A stretch of 64,000 nucleotides of DNA from positions 8,271-72,270 of the forward strand of contig JBBPZQ010000003.1 in assembly GCA_038198935.1 (NCBI GenBank), in the 5' to 3' direction. Positions 30,579 to 40,924 of this stretch are shown here, in pieces. The notes under the pieces are model-generated. The model was not told where the DNA came from, did no database searches, and saw nothing but the letters and a program-made list of their open reading frames with translations. Origin of the DNA: Anaerolineae bacterium. Its GTDB lineage: Bacteria; Chloroflexota; Anaerolineae; JACRMK01. The stretch's first letter is position 1. Every line of letters begins with the position of its first letter. The translations under genes were made by a program, and so were the position numbers.

Positions 30579-31583
30579 TCATTCGACGGAAGCCGACGCC
30601 TGCCCCGCGCCACGCTGAAGCATCGGCACGACGCGCAGGATCGTGAGCACGCCAAGCAGCGAACCGCAGCCAATCGCCAAGCCGCGCAGCGCGACAAACG
30701 CAAACACGAGCGGCGTGAGCGCGCGGTCTGTACGCCACGCGATGCGCGACAGCGGCAGTGCAGACAGCATACATCCAATGGCGAGCAGCAGCACGAGCCA
30801 GCGCACTTCGCTCAGAAACCACGCGAGCGGCAGCAGCGCGATCAGCAGCGGCACGAGCGCGCTCTGAAATTTGAGCGACTGCGGCGTGTAACTATCGGCG
30901 AGCATTTTGTAAGGATAACGCGAATAGACTTGCATCCGCCAGTAGCCGCGCCAGAACTTCTGGCGCAAATAGTTGCGCATGATAGAGGGATGGCGATGAT
31001 AGACCACGGCGCGCCGATTGAACGCCATGCGAAAGCCACGCGCCGCGAGACGATAAGATAGGTCAACGTCCTCGTTGTTCAATACGAGCGCATCGTAGCC
31101 GCCCACCTCAAGCAGTACGGACTTGCGCAGCGCAAGCGAGTGTGTGTCCACAAAATCAATCACGCCGCTATGCGCTAGCCGTTCGTATCGCTCTTCAAAT
31201 TCCAACTGCGCCAAGCGCGCCGTCCATTCGCGCTGCTGCGTCGCGTACGCACCCTTCACACCGGCTACCGTCCTGTCGCACAGCGATAACTGCATCTGCT
31301 CGATCCAGTCGACCGCGGGTTGGCAGTCGGCATCGGTGAAGAGCATCACCTCCCCGCGCGCTGCGCTCACACCGAGATTGCGTGCGGCGGACGGCCCGCG
31401 ATGCGCTTGACGGACGACGCGCGCGCCCAAGGCGCTTGCCACCTGCGCGCTGTCGTCGCTCGAGCCATCGTCAACGACAATGACTTCGTATTCCGTCGCG
31501 GGTATCGTCTGTGCGCGCAGAGCGGCGAGCAAGGCTGGCAATGTCGCCGCAGCGTTCAAGGCGGGCACGACGACCGAAAACAT
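30579..31583 (-). CDS. GT2 glycosyltransferase with C-terminal TMs
   Basis: VVVPALN, VDDGSSD, FTDADC, EDVDL. Confidence 0.88.
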   Translation of the reverse strand: MFSVVVPALNAAATLPALLAALRAQTIPATEYEVIVVDDGSSDDSAQVASALGARVVRQAHRGPSAARNLGVSAARGEVMLFTDADCQPAVDWIEQMQLSLCDRTVAGVKGAYATQQREWTARLAQLEFEERYERLAHSGVIDFVDTHSLALRKSVLLEVGGYDALVLNNEDVDLSYRLAARGFRMAFNRRAVVYHRHPSIMRNYLRQKFWRGYWRMQVYSRYPYKMLADSYTPQSLKFQSALVPLLIALLPLAWFLSEVRWLVLLLAIGCMLSALPLSRIAWRTDRALTPLVFAFVALRGLAIGCGSLLGVLTILRVVPMLQRGAGQASASVE

Positions 31584-32596
31584 CAGGCACGCTCAACCGA
31601 TTTGGCGGGTGCGCGTCGCAGGCTCATCAATTCCTGAAAGACGAAAGGACCCGCAACCACGACCTGCGGCACGGTCACGACCAAATACAAGATCACGCCG
31701 TAACTGAATGCGAGTTGTTGATTGACGCCGAACAGCGTCAGCGTTAGCCGCGCGAGCGCCGGCACCACGCCGACTTTGCCCGGCGTGGTGGGCACCGCGA
31801 CGCCGATCTGCAACACGATCAGCAGCACCGTCGCGACCAGCCACGACGGCGGCATCGCGAGCGCGAAGAACAGCAGCCAGTTCGTCGCAATCATCATCGC
31901 CCAGATGACGAATGACCACAGTGCAATCGGCAGGACTGTGCGCTGACGCAGCGGTGCGAACCCGCCGAGCGTGAGATCGAATTGATTTTCGATGCGCGGC
32001 GACTCCACGCGAAACACTTTTGCGCCGAGCCACGTCCAGAGGCGGCGCAGCCGAGACTGCTGCATGAATATCGCGGACAGCAGCAAGACCGCGCCGAGAA
32101 CGAGTGCGCTCAAGCGCAGCGACGGATCGCGCAGCCACGCGGGGAACGGCACGAACGGGGCGACGAGCAGTGTTAGCACAAATAGCGCGACCAGCTCGAT
32201 CAGCTTCTCTGCGCCAATGGTTCCGAGTATCCGCGCTGCCGCTTCGCCTTCGCGCCGACGCAACACGTACAGGCGTGCGACTTCGCCCAAGCGCGCGGGC
32301 AGGAAAAAATTGACCGCCGCGCCGATGGTCAGCGCGGCAAACAGCGAAAGAAAACTGAGTCGAGGCTGGAAAAAAAGTTGCCAGCGTGCAGACTTAGCTG
32401 CGAGCGTGAGCACGAACAGCAGTGCCGCGAGCGCAACGGGCCGCCAATCCGCCTGCTGCACGATACGCCATACGTCATCCAGCGACACACCCCAGAACGC
32501 GAGCGGCACGAAGATAAGACTGGCAAGCAATGACCAGAGCAAATGACGAAGCGAGAATGTGGGCGGCGTGAGCGGCGTGTTCATGCGTGGACGCAT
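31583..32596 (-). CDS. Lysylphosphatidylglycerol-synthase-TM / AglD-type flippase-like membrane protein
   Basis: NFFLPARLGEVAR, VPTTPGKVG; multi-TM. Confidence 0.8.
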   Translation of the reverse strand: MRPRMNTPLTPPTFSLRHLLWSLLASLIFVPLAFWGVSLDDVWRIVQQADWRPVALAALLFVLTLAAKSARWQLFFQPRLSFLSLFAALTIGAAVNFFLPARLGEVARLYVLRRREGEAAARILGTIGAEKLIELVALFVLTLLVAPFVPFPAWLRDPSLRLSALVLGAVLLLSAIFMQQSRLRRLWTWLGAKVFRVESPRIENQFDLTLGGFAPLRQRTVLPIALWSFVIWAMMIATNWLLFFALAMPPSWLVATVLLIVLQIGVAVPTTPGKVGVVPALARLTLTLFGVNQQLAFSYGVILYLVVTVPQVVVAGPFVFQELMSLRRAPAKSVERA

Positions 32597-32663
32597 TCAG
32601 CTGCGTGGGTGCTGCGCGAACAGCAGACGTGCGAAGTGTTTCACCTCAAGCGAGTTAAGCGAC

Positions 32664-33347
32664 TCAGCGCTTCGGCGTCGGCGTGGGTAGCGGCAGCGGA
32701 ATGATGAGCCGCTGTCCCGTGCGCAGCGTGCGCGGATCGGTGATCCCATTCGCCGCCATCAGCGCCTGCGCCGTAATGCCGAACTTGGCTGCAATCGAAC
32801 CCGGATTATCACCCGCCTGCACGATGTAAATGATCGGCGTCGCCGTCGCGGACGCGCCTGGCGTGTCTGTCGCCGCCGGCGGCGTGCCAGTCGGCGGCAA
32901 TGGCGTGCCGGTAGCTGGCGCAGGCGTCGTCGTGTTCGTGCGCGTCGGCGTGCGCGTCGGCGTCGCGGTCGGCGCGGGCGTTATCGCCAGCGCGATATTC
33001 TGCGGCAAGCCGCTCAAGGCGATCAGCAAACCGCACAGGAAAACGAAGCCGAGCGCGGCAACCAGAAACCACATCGGATTTGGCCGCCGCGTCTGCACCG
33101 GCGCGGACGCAGCTTCCAATCGCTCCCCTGCGACTTGCGTCGCCGCCGTGCGCGCTTGATGCCCAAGATAGAAACGACAGGACCGATGATTGCCGCTCAG
33201 GCAATATTGTTCTTGCTCGTCCAGCGTCAGCGGCGAGACGCGCTGGTTGGCGTAGCAGCGATTCTCCAGTGTAGGGTAGGCAAAGTGCGTGTCGGGGTTG
33301 GCGCGCGTGCCGAGCAACGGGCAAACTTGATCACGTTCGATTTTCAT
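32664..33347 (-). CDS. LysM protein with Cys-rich N-terminus, TM helix and Pro/Thr linker
   Basis: CPLLG..NRC..YCL..CRFY; TPTRTPT linker; YIVQAGDN..IAAKFG..L..AN..GQRLIIP. Confidence 0.85.
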   Translation of the reverse strand: MKIERDQVCPLLGTRANPDTHFAYPTLENRCYANQRVSPLTLDEQEQYCLSGNHRSCRFYLGHQARTAATQVAGERLEAASAPVQTRRPNPMWFLVAALGFVFLCGLLIALSGLPQNIALAITPAPTATPTRTPTRTNTTTPAPATGTPLPPTGTPPAATDTPGASATATPIIYIVQAGDNPGSIAAKFGITAQALMAANGITDPRTLRTGQRLIIPLPLPTPTPKR

Positions 33348-33416
33348 TTTGGTGGTTCATTCGTTGGAGAGTTTGTTGGTTGGCTACACATACTTACCAA
33401 CCAACGAACTAACCAA

Positions 33417-33950
33417 CTACTCAATCAATGCTCGCCTAACCAATACATCCATAATCTTCGCCGCACTTTCATCCGCGCTCTCGCGGTCAGAGTGGATGGT
33501 CACATCGGGTGCGAGCGGCGGCTCGTAGGGATCGCTAATGCCCGTGAAGTTTTGAATCTCGCCCGCGAGCGCCTTCTGGTATAAGCCCTTCACATCGCGC
33601 GCGGCGAGCACATCAATCGGACACTCGACGTACACTTCGACGAAGTTGCTGTTGTGCATCGCGCGCACTTCATCGCGCACCTCGCGATACGGCGAGATGG
33701 CGGCGGCGATTGCAACTACGTCATTGCGCGCGAGCAGTTGGCAGACCCAACCGATGCGACGGACGTTGGTGTCGCGGTCTTCCTTGCTGAAACCCAGTCC
33801 CTTGCTCAGATGCGTGCGTACAACATCTCCGTCGAGAATCTCGACTTTACATCCGTGTGTCCGAAGTTCCTCTGCAATTGCCTGCGAGAGTGTGGACTTG
33901 CCTGCGCCGGACAATCCCGTGAACCAAATGGTAAAGCCTTTATGGCACAT
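33417..33950 (-). CDS. cysC: Adenylyl-sulfate (APS) kinase
   Basis: [38 protein letters not shown]. Confidence 0.95.
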   Translation of the reverse strand: MCHKGFTIWFTGLSGAGKSTLSQAIAEELRTHGCKVEILDGDVVRTHLSKGLGFSKEDRDTNVRRIGWVCQLLARNDVVAIAAAISPYREVRDEVRAMHNSNFVEVYVECPIDVLAARDVKGLYQKALAGEIQNFTGISDPYEPPLAPDVTIHSDRESADESAAKIMDVLVRRALIE

Positions 33951-33970
33951 GAGCTGTGTGGTCGTCCGGC

Positions 33971-34021
33971 TCTCCCCCACCCTAACCCTCTCCCGCTGGG
34001 AGAGGGTTAGGGTGAGGGAGA
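33971..34021. repeat. REP-like palindrome between sat fusion and cysC
   Basis: TCTCCCCCACCCTAACCCTCTCCC-GCT-GGGAGAGGGTTAGGGTGAGGGAGA near-perfect hairpin. Confidence 0.75.
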
Positions 34022-34032
34022 GTTGCCACTAC

Positions 34033-36651
34033 TTATCGTTCCCGCAAATCCTTCCCGATCATATCGCTCGGCACATCCACGCCCATCGCGTTCAGGATGG
34101 TCGGCGCAACGTCGTAGATGCGTGCGCCGCTCGCCTTGCGGCTGCCCTTGCCCTGCGGCTCCTTGACAATGAACATGCCGAACTGCGCGTGGTTGGCATC
34201 GTCGGGTCCACCATCATTCTCGAAGGTATGGACGCTATTATAACCGAGTGTTCCAATTGCACGCCAATAGAGGTCACCGAAGTACACGATCAAATCGGGC
34301 GGAAAATTGCGCACATGACGATAGACGCCTTGCGGTTTGTATGCCGTCGTGCCGATGTTGCGCCCTTTGTCGTCTGCGATGCTCGCCAGCCGAGCGGCAA
34401 TCTCGTCGCGCACCACTTCGTACTGCGACGGCGGAATAATCCCCTGTGGCTCGCGGCCCTGCACGTTCATGAACAGCCGTCCATAGTAGCCGCCCGCACC
34501 CCACGCCTTCGTCTTGCTCCAATCCACTTCAACTTTCTCGAAGGGTGTAATGCCGTGCGGCTCATCCTTCAGCACGAGATAACCTTCTTGGCGCAGCCAC
34601 TCGTTGAACACGATACCGCCGTCCATGCGCTTCGCGCCGTGATCGGAGACGACGAGCACGGTCGTGTCCTCGTCCACCGCTTTGAGCAGTTCGCCGATTT
34701 GCTCGTCCACGAAGCGATAATAATCACGGATCGCGGCGATGAACTTGTTGCCCGGCACGTGCTTCGGGTGCTGCGGGTCCATATACTTCCAGAAGGCATG
34801 ATGGATACGATCCACGCCGATCTCCATCAGCATGAAGAAGTCCCACGGTTTGGTGCGTATCCAGTGGTTCGCCAGCTTGAAGCGCTTCTCCGTCATCTGG
34901 TAAATCTGGCCCAGCAGCCAATCTTTATTCTCGGTGCGGAAGCCCGCCACATCCACCATGTACTCGCCGACGAGCGACTCGACCTCGCCACGCAGGTCGT
35001 TTGGGTAGGTGTATTGTGATTTCGTTGACGGTGTGAGGAAGCACGAGACGGCGATACCGTTCAGTGGCTTGAGCGGATATGATGGCGGCACGCCAATCAC
35101 GATGCACTGCTTGCCTAGCCGCGAGAGAATGTCCCAGACTGTGTCCTCGTGCACTTGCCGCGAGTTCACGATCATCTGCCGTTCGTACGAGTAATCGGGC
35201 CGGTTGTGGAATCCGTAGAACCCGAGTTGGCCGGGGTCCTTCGAGGTCATCATCGTCATCCACGCGGGCACGGTGATCGCGGGCATGCACGATTCGAGTT
35301 CGCCCCACGTTCCACCATTCATCAGCGAGGACAGATTCGGCAACTCGCTTCGCCACTTGTCGAAGACCAGCGAAGGCTCGGCGCAGTCGAGTCCAATGAC
35401 GAGCACGCGCCGCTTAGCGGAAGGATTAGGGATGAAGGATGAAGGATGAAGTTTTGTATCATCCTTCATCCTTCTGACTTCAGCCTTTGCTTTTAGTCCC
35501 TGCATCAACACGCGCGAGACTTCGGGCCGCGTGAACTCGGGCGGCAGCATCTCGCCGCGCTCGAGCATCTGGCGCACTTGCGTGCCGCTGATGATCAGAC
35601 GGTCGTCGTCGCTGTGCGGGCACGTTTTGGACGAGACGATGGCTCCGCACTTGCGGCAGTAGAAGGTGTGCTCGAAGAATAGCGGCGTGATGCCCAGTTC
35701 GTCTTTGCTGAACTCGTCGAAAATTTTCTGCGCGTCGTAGCTGCCGTAATACTTGCCGACGCCTGCGTGGTCGCGCCCGACGATGAAGTGCGTGCAGCCG
35801 TAGTTCTTGCGGCACAGCGCGTGGAAGATGGCCTCACGCGGGCCCGCGTAGCGCATCGCGGCGGGAAACACGCCGAGCAGCACGCGCTCCGGCGGGTAAT
35901 AGTCGCGCAGCAGCGCCTGATACGACATCATGCGCACGTCGGCGGGAATGTCATCGCTTTTCGTCTCGCCGACAAGCGGATGCAGGAACAAGCCGTCGCA
36001 GATTTCGAGCGCGGTCTTTTGAATATATTCGTGGGAACGGTGGATCGGGTTGCGTGTCTGGAAGCCGACCACACGCCGCCAGCCGCGCTGGGCGAACATG
36101 CGACGTGTCTGTGCAGGCTCGTGGCGGAACTCGGCAAATTCTTGATTGGTACGCCGCTCGATCAGCCACACCTCGCCCGCGAGCAGCACATCGCCTTGCG
36201 CCATCAAACGCGCGACGCCGGGGTGCTTTATGTCCGTCGTGCGGAAGACGTTATGCGCTTCAGCCGTCTTGTCATAGGTGAACTTCTCGCCGATGGTCAT
36301 TACGCCGAGCGTGACGCCATCACTCGCCACCAACGCGACCTCTTGCCCGACCCGCAGCGAATCGGCGAGCGACTGCTCGACGGGCAGTGTGATCGGCATC
36401 GTCCACGGCAGTCCATTTGCCAAGCGCATCTCGTGCACGACGCGCTCGTAGTCACGTTTGCCCATGAAGCCCGTGAGCGGACTAAGCGCGCCGACTGCGA
36501 TCATTTCCAAGTCGGATTCGGCGACGACGGTGAGCGGAATCTTTGCGAGCCGCTCGGCACGTGCGCGTGCGGCAGCGCGCTCGTCGCCGCGCAGTACGCT
36601 ATCCACCAACACGCCGCCATGCGGCACTGCCACTGAATTCAAACCAATCAC
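34033..36651 (-). CDS. sat: Sulfate adenylyltransferase fused to alkaline-phosphatase-superfamily (nucleotide pyrophosphatase/phosphodiesterase-like) domain
   Basis: [17 protein letters not shown] (Sat); [26 protein letters not shown] (AlkP fold); start GTG 36651 or TTG 36660. Confidence 0.9.
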   Translation of the reverse strand: MIGLNSVAVPHGGVLVDSVLRGDERAAARARAERLAKIPLTVVAESDLEMIAVGALSPLTGFMGKRDYERVVHEMRLANGLPWTMPITLPVEQSLADSLRVGQEVALVASDGVTLGVMTIGEKFTYDKTAEAHNVFRTTDIKHPGVARLMAQGDVLLAGEVWLIERRTNQEFAEFRHEPAQTRRMFAQRGWRRVVGFQTRNPIHRSHEYIQKTALEICDGLFLHPLVGETKSDDIPADVRMMSYQALLRDYYPPERVLLGVFPAAMRYAGPREAIFHALCRKNYGCTHFIVGRDHAGVGKYYGSYDAQKIFDEFSKDELGITPLFFEHTFYCRKCGAIVSSKTCPHSDDDRLIISGTQVRQMLERGEMLPPEFTRPEVSRVLMQGLKAKAEVRRMKDDTKLHPSSFIPNPSAKRRVLVIGLDCAEPSLVFDKWRSELPNLSSLMNGGTWGELESCMPAITVPAWMTMMTSKDPGQLGFYGFHNRPDYSYERQMIVNSRQVHEDTVWDILSRLGKQCIVIGVPPSYPLKPLNGIAVSCFLTPSTKSQYTYPNDLRGEVESLVGEYMVDVAGFRTENKDWLLGQIYQMTEKRFKLANHWIRTKPWDFFMLMEIGVDRIHHAFWKYMDPQHPKHVPGNKFIAAIRDYYRFVDEQIGELLKAVDEDTTVLVVSDHGAKRMDGGIVFNEWLRQEGYLVLKDEPHGITPFEKVEVDWSKTKAWGAGGYYGRLFMNVQGREPQGIIPPSQYEVVRDEIAARLASIADDKGRNIGTTAYKPQGVYRHVRNFPPDLIVYFGDLYWRAIGTLGYNSVHTFENDGGPDDANHAQFGMFIVKEPQGKGSRKASGARIYDVAPTILNAMGVDVPSDMIGKDLRER

Positions 36652-36775
36652 GAACCACAACTCCGTTCAACCAAAGTTGCTCGCCCTCGAACCGCGAGGA
36701 CACGGAATTATAACCCCAAGACACACGAGCGCGAAAACGAGGGTTGCATAGAGACATTGCATGAATCGCCACTTC

Positions 36776-37921
36776 CTACCCCGCCCAATAGCCCTGCACA
36801 AACAGCAACGTGTACAGCGCGAGCAGCAATGCCGCGCTCAGGGTGTACGCACGATCAAACCATTCGTGCTCGCCGAAGCGCGCGAGGAAGAGCGGCACGG
36901 TAAACGCCGCGAGCGCGTAGCGGTCGAGACTGCTCGTCTGAATCGTGGAGAGCGGTAGCAAGACGCACAGCGCGCCATAGACGGCATAACTCAGTCGCCA
37001 GCGCAGCGCGATGATGGCGGACACGAGCAACACGAACGCCGTCAGCCCGACATCCAACGCGAAGTTCACTTGCGCCGCGCTGTATTGCTGTAGATGATCC
37101 CAGTCCAACTGCTGCGCCCACGCCTCGACTTTCAATGGCTCGCGATTCCACAGCGCGCGCTGCGTCTCGAAGAACGACAAGCCTTGCGCGTTGAGCGTGA
37201 ACTCGAATGCGATGAACGCGAGCGGCAAGAGCAGCAGCCATGCCCACTGCCAACTGCGTTTGCGCGTCTGCCACCACTGCACGCCGAACTCGACGAGTAA
37301 CGCGGCGAACAGCGCGTAGCCCGACGCGCGCGCGAGCATCGCCAGCGCACCTGCAATGCCCGCGAGGGGCCAACGCTGCGTGCGCGCGCAATACAAACTC
37401 AACGCGGCGAGCAAGATGAACAGCGATTCGGTGTAGATGTTGGTCAGGAAGAATGCCGATGGAAAGATGAGGAAATAAAACACGCCGCGTATTGATTGTG
37501 CTTCGTCGGCGTCGAGTCGCAGCAGCCGATACAGGGCGAGCGCCGCGCCGAGCGCGCTCAGATTGCTGACGAGGAATGCCGCTGCCGGAAAATCACAAGC
37601 AGGCGGCTCCAAACCGAGCGGCGAGCACCACAGGCTGACGACGAGTTTGATCGCGATTGGATACAGCGGCGGGAACGCAGCGTTGTCGTGTACATAACCT
37701 TCGCCTGCAATCCACGTGTAGAAGCCGGAGTCGAAACGCGAGTGCAAGTCCACGAAGCCGCGCCATGGCTCGGGCACCATCGTCGTGATCTGGCTCGTCC
37801 ACAAATACGCTTGATCGGGTTCGGTCAACCGAAAACGAAAGAACCCGATGAGCGCGAACGATTGCAGCGCGATCCACCAGAGAACGAAAAGCAGCAGCAC
37901 GCGCGCGAGTGAGCGAGACAT
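36776..37921 (-). CDS. GT-C mannosyltransferase-like protein (PIG-V-like)
   Basis: RFDSGFY..IA..GY, AFPPLYP, FP...F...YTESLF. Confidence 0.78.
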   Translation of the reverse strand: MSRSLARVLLLFVLWWIALQSFALIGFFRFRLTEPDQAYLWTSQITTMVPEPWRGFVDLHSRFDSGFYTWIAGEGYVHDNAAFPPLYPIAIKLVVSLWCSPLGLEPPACDFPAAAFLVSNLSALGAALALYRLLRLDADEAQSIRGVFYFLIFPSAFFLTNIYTESLFILLAALSLYCARTQRWPLAGIAGALAMLARASGYALFAALLVEFGVQWWQTRKRSWQWAWLLLLPLAFIAFEFTLNAQGLSFFETQRALWNREPLKVEAWAQQLDWDHLQQYSAAQVNFALDVGLTAFVLLVSAIIALRWRLSYAVYGALCVLLPLSTIQTSSLDRYALAAFTVPLFLARFGEHEWFDRAYTLSAALLLALYTLLFVQGYWAG

Positions 37922-37958
37922 ACAGCAACATTATAACCGTGAGCCGCGCGACAAAAAA

Positions 37959-37987
37959 GTAGGGGCGACTCGGCGAGTCGCCCCTGC
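37959..37987. repeat. GTAG-type REP
   Basis: GTAGGGGCGACTCGGCGAGTCGCCCCTGC; near-identical inverted copy at 63888-63916. Confidence 0.8.
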
Positions 37988-38007
37988 AGAATTCCGTCCG
38001 CGCGTCG

Positions 38008-39312
38008 TCAATGTTCCAATTTGCGCAGACGTGGCACGCGCCACAGGATGAGCAAGCCGAACAGCAGCGCGATCACCGCGCCGAAGCCGACGCCGGCCGG
38101 CACGCCAAACTGCTGCGCGATGAGACCTGCTTGCAGTGCGCCGAGCGGCGACAAGCCAAAAAACGACAGCATGTATACACTCATCACGCGCCCGCGCAGA
38201 TGGTCGGGCACGAGGGTCTGCACGAGTGTATTCGCGGTCGTGTTCTGGATCATGAAGCCGAAGCCGGAGCCGATCAGAATCAACAGCGCGAGCGGGAACG
38301 AACGGTTGAATGCGAGCAGGATCAGCATCGTCGGGAACAGCAAATTACCAATGGTCAGAAGCCGTCCCTTGTTGCGCCCATGACTGAGCGACGCCATCAA
38401 CAGTGCGCCCGCCAATGCGCCAATACCCGACGCGGTACTGAGGAAACCGAGTCCCGTCGCATCGGTGCCGAGCACGTCTTGCGCGTATGCGGGCAGCAAC
38501 GTGGTATACGCGAAGCCGAAGATGGCCGAGATGGACACGACGAGAATCAACGTCGAGACAGTTTGATTGTGGCGGATGTAAGACAATCCTTCTTTGATCT
38601 CGTGCCACATTGAGCCTTTGTGCAATGGCGCGACGAACTTTGGCATCGCCATCACGATGATGCTGTAGATCACCGCCAGGAAGCTCAAGCCGTTGAGCAG
38701 GAAGCACCATGCCGCGCCGACCGTCGCGAGCGTAATACCCGCCAGCGCGGGCCCAATGATGCGCGAGACGTTGAACAAAGCCGAGTTCAGTGCAATCGCG
38801 TTCATCATATCTTCTTTGCCCACCATGTCCTTGACGAACGCCTGCCGCGCGGTGCCGTCGAACGCTTGCCCCACGCCGAGCAGGAACGCGAGCACGATGA
38901 TGTGCCACGGCTGCACGAGATTCGTGAACACGAGCGCCGACAGCACAAACGCGAGCAGCATCGCCCACGTCTGCGTCGCGATCAAAACGTAGCGACGCGG
39001 AAAGCGATCAATCAGCACGCCTGCGCCCAGCGACAAGAACAGAACGGGAATCGAAGCGGCGAAACCAATGATGCCGAGATAGAGCGGCGAGCCGGTCAAT
39101 TGATACGCGAGCCAACCTTGCGCGACGTTCTGCATCCACGTGCCAATCAGCGAGATGAGTTGTCCGACGAAATAGAAACGATAATTGCGGTGACGCAGTG
39201 CGGCGAACGTGCGCGTGAAGTGTGATGACTTTGGCTTCACGCGCGGCACACTCAATCCGCCGCCCGCGGCGACGGCGTGCTGTGTTTCGTTCACCAGTGT
39301 GTTGTTCTCCAT
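38008..39312 (-). CDS. MFS transporter
   Basis: ALRHRNYR..GQLISLIGTWMQ, G..IDRFPRR, LRGRVMS. Confidence 0.92.
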   Translation of the reverse strand: MENNTLVNETQHAVAAGGGLSVPRVKPKSSHFTRTFAALRHRNYRFYFVGQLISLIGTWMQNVAQGWLAYQLTGSPLYLGIIGFAASIPVLFLSLGAGVLIDRFPRRYVLIATQTWAMLLAFVLSALVFTNLVQPWHIIVLAFLLGVGQAFDGTARQAFVKDMVGKEDMMNAIALNSALFNVSRIIGPALAGITLATVGAAWCFLLNGLSFLAVIYSIIVMAMPKFVAPLHKGSMWHEIKEGLSYIRHNQTVSTLILVVSISAIFGFAYTTLLPAYAQDVLGTDATGLGFLSTASGIGALAGALLMASLSHGRNKGRLLTIGNLLFPTMLILLAFNRSFPLALLILIGSGFGFMIQNTTANTLVQTLVPDHLRGRVMSVYMLSFFGLSPLGALQAGLIAQQFGVPAGVGFGAVIALLFGLLILWRVPRLRKLEH

Positions 39313-39318
39313 TCCTGC

Positions 39319-39783
39319 TTACACTTCCGCGATCTCCCGCTTTTGAAATACCGATTGTAGCAAGTCGAGCGCGGCGATAATCGTCTGCACGTCCTCGTCT
39401 TGCAGCCGCGTGAGTTTCGCGGCGACGTATTGACGCGTGCTCTCCAACTGGGAGTCGTGCGCCTTCACGCCGTCGCGCGTCAGTTGCAGCCGCAGCTTGC
39501 GCCGATCTTCTTCGCGCCCCTCGCGCGCCACCAGTTCGCGCTGCACCAAACTGCCAACCAATTTTGACATCGTAGGCAGCGAAACACCTTGACTGGTAGC
39601 CAGTTCGGAGAGCGTCGCCTGACCGTTCAGATACAAATAGGCAAGCACGCGGAACTGTGGGATCGTAAACTTGCGATCATTCTGTGAGCGGATATGCGCA
39701 CGCAAGTGGCGCAGCACAAACGGTACAATCTCGACCACGCGCGCAGCGCACTCGGCTTGTATCGGCTTCATCGTACACTCCAT
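39319..39783 (-). CDS. MarR family transcriptional regulator
   Basis: TIPQFRVL..LSELA..SLPTMSKLV..L..R..DRR..LT..G. Confidence 0.9.
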   Translation of the reverse strand: MECTMKPIQAECAARVVEIVPFVLRHLRAHIRSQNDRKFTIPQFRVLAYLYLNGQATLSELATSQGVSLPTMSKLVGSLVQRELVAREGREEDRRKLRLQLTRDGVKAHDSQLESTRQYVAAKLTRLQDEDVQTIIAALDLLQSVFQKREIAEV

Positions 39784-39842
39784 CAGCCCAATTGGTTAGG
39801 CTTGCTAAGTATTATAACGCAGGTACGAATTATAACAAAACC

Positions 39843-39909
39843 GTAGGGGCAAAACATTCGCGCACTAACTCTGAATGACCTAGACGCGCCATGAATGCTT
39901 TGCCCCTAT
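39843..39909. repeat. GTAG-type REP with long loop
   Basis: GTAGGGGCAAAACATTC ... GAATGCTTTGCCCCTAT. Confidence 0.65.
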
Positions 39910-39943
39910 AGTGATGCAATCTGGGCGGACATAAGGCCCGCCA

Positions 39944-40924
39944 TCACGATTCTTGATCGAAATTGATCATCACCTTGATCACGTTGTCGCGCCGCGCGGC
40001 GAACAACTCGTATGCCACCGCAACTTGGCTGAATGGAAACTCGTGCGTAATGAACGGTCGCACGTTGACCAGTCCGCGCTTGATATATTCGACCGCCAAC
40101 TCAAATTCTTTGGGATAGTCGGGTGAGGTCACAGTCGTGATGAAGCGCACGTTCTTGCGAAACATCTCGCTGTAGTGGATCGGATACACAGCCTCGTCGG
40201 GCACACCGAATGCCAGAACTGTTCCGCCATTCTTCACGAGGTGGATCGCCGTGTTCACCGTGGCTGTTTGATGGCCCACTGCTTCGATCACCGTGTCCAC
40301 ATTGTGCTTGCCAACAAGGTTTTCGATTGCATAAGCGAGCTCAAGATCGTCGGTGATGCCCAGCGCGTGTGTCGCGCCGATTGACAGCGCGACATCGCGC
40401 CGATGCGCAATCGGATCCACAACGATGATGTTGCGCGTGCCGAGACAAGCCGCCAGCTGCGTGCAGAACAAGCCGATGCCACCCTGCCCCAGCACCACGA
40501 CGTTCTGATGGAACAGCGTGCTCATGTGACGGAAGCCCCAGATGACGGTGCCGAGCGGCTGACACATCACCCAGCGATTCCAGTCGCCGTCATTCGGGAT
40601 CAGCGTCGTGTGCTTGTCACGCGCGAGATAGAACTGGCCCAAGCCTGTGAAGTGATCGGGCTGCGCCATCACCGTGTCGCCGACGTGGAAGTGCGGTGAG
40701 CTGGTCGCGACCACCTCGCCGACACACTCGTGCGCGGGGAACGCTTCGGTCGCCATGTGCCGCACGGACGGATACGTGCCAAGAAAGTATGGCATGTCAC
40801 TGCCACACGTCGTCGCGCGGCGCGTGCGCACGATAATCGAGCCCGGCGGCGCCATCTCGATATCGGGCGGCGGCATGTCAATTAGTTCAAACGTTTTGGG
40901 ACCAACGAGCTTAGCAGCGAACAT
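39944..40924 (-). CDS. Zn-dependent medium-chain dehydrogenase
   Basis: CGSD, AHECVGEV, GQGGIG; lacks the structural-Zn four-Cys loop. Confidence 0.85.
   Translation of the reverse strand: MFAAKLVGPKTFELIDMPPPDIEMAPPGSIIVRTRRATTCGSDMPYFLGTYPSVRHMATEAFPAHECVGEVVATSSPHFHVGDTVMAQPDHFTGLGQFYLARDKHTTLIPNDGDWNRWVMCQPLGTVIWGFRHMSTLFHQNVVVLGQGGIGLFCTQLAACLGTRNIIVVDPIAHRRDVALSIGATHALGITDDLELAYAIENLVGKHNVDTVIEAVGHQTATVNTAIHLVKNGGTVLAFGVPDEAVYPIHYSEMFRKNVRFITTVTSPDYPKEFELAVEYIKRGLVNVRPFITHEFPFSQVAVAYELFAARRDNVIKVMINFDQES

Noticed and set aside
33417-36651. Assimilatory or dissimilatory sulfate reduction pathway
   Set aside because: No cysH, cysIJ/sir, aprAB or dsr genes in the window; the context is glycosylation.
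39790-39840. MarR operator
   Set aside because: Only a weak TTAG-N5-CTAA dyad and two ATTATAAC repeats; insufficient to call.
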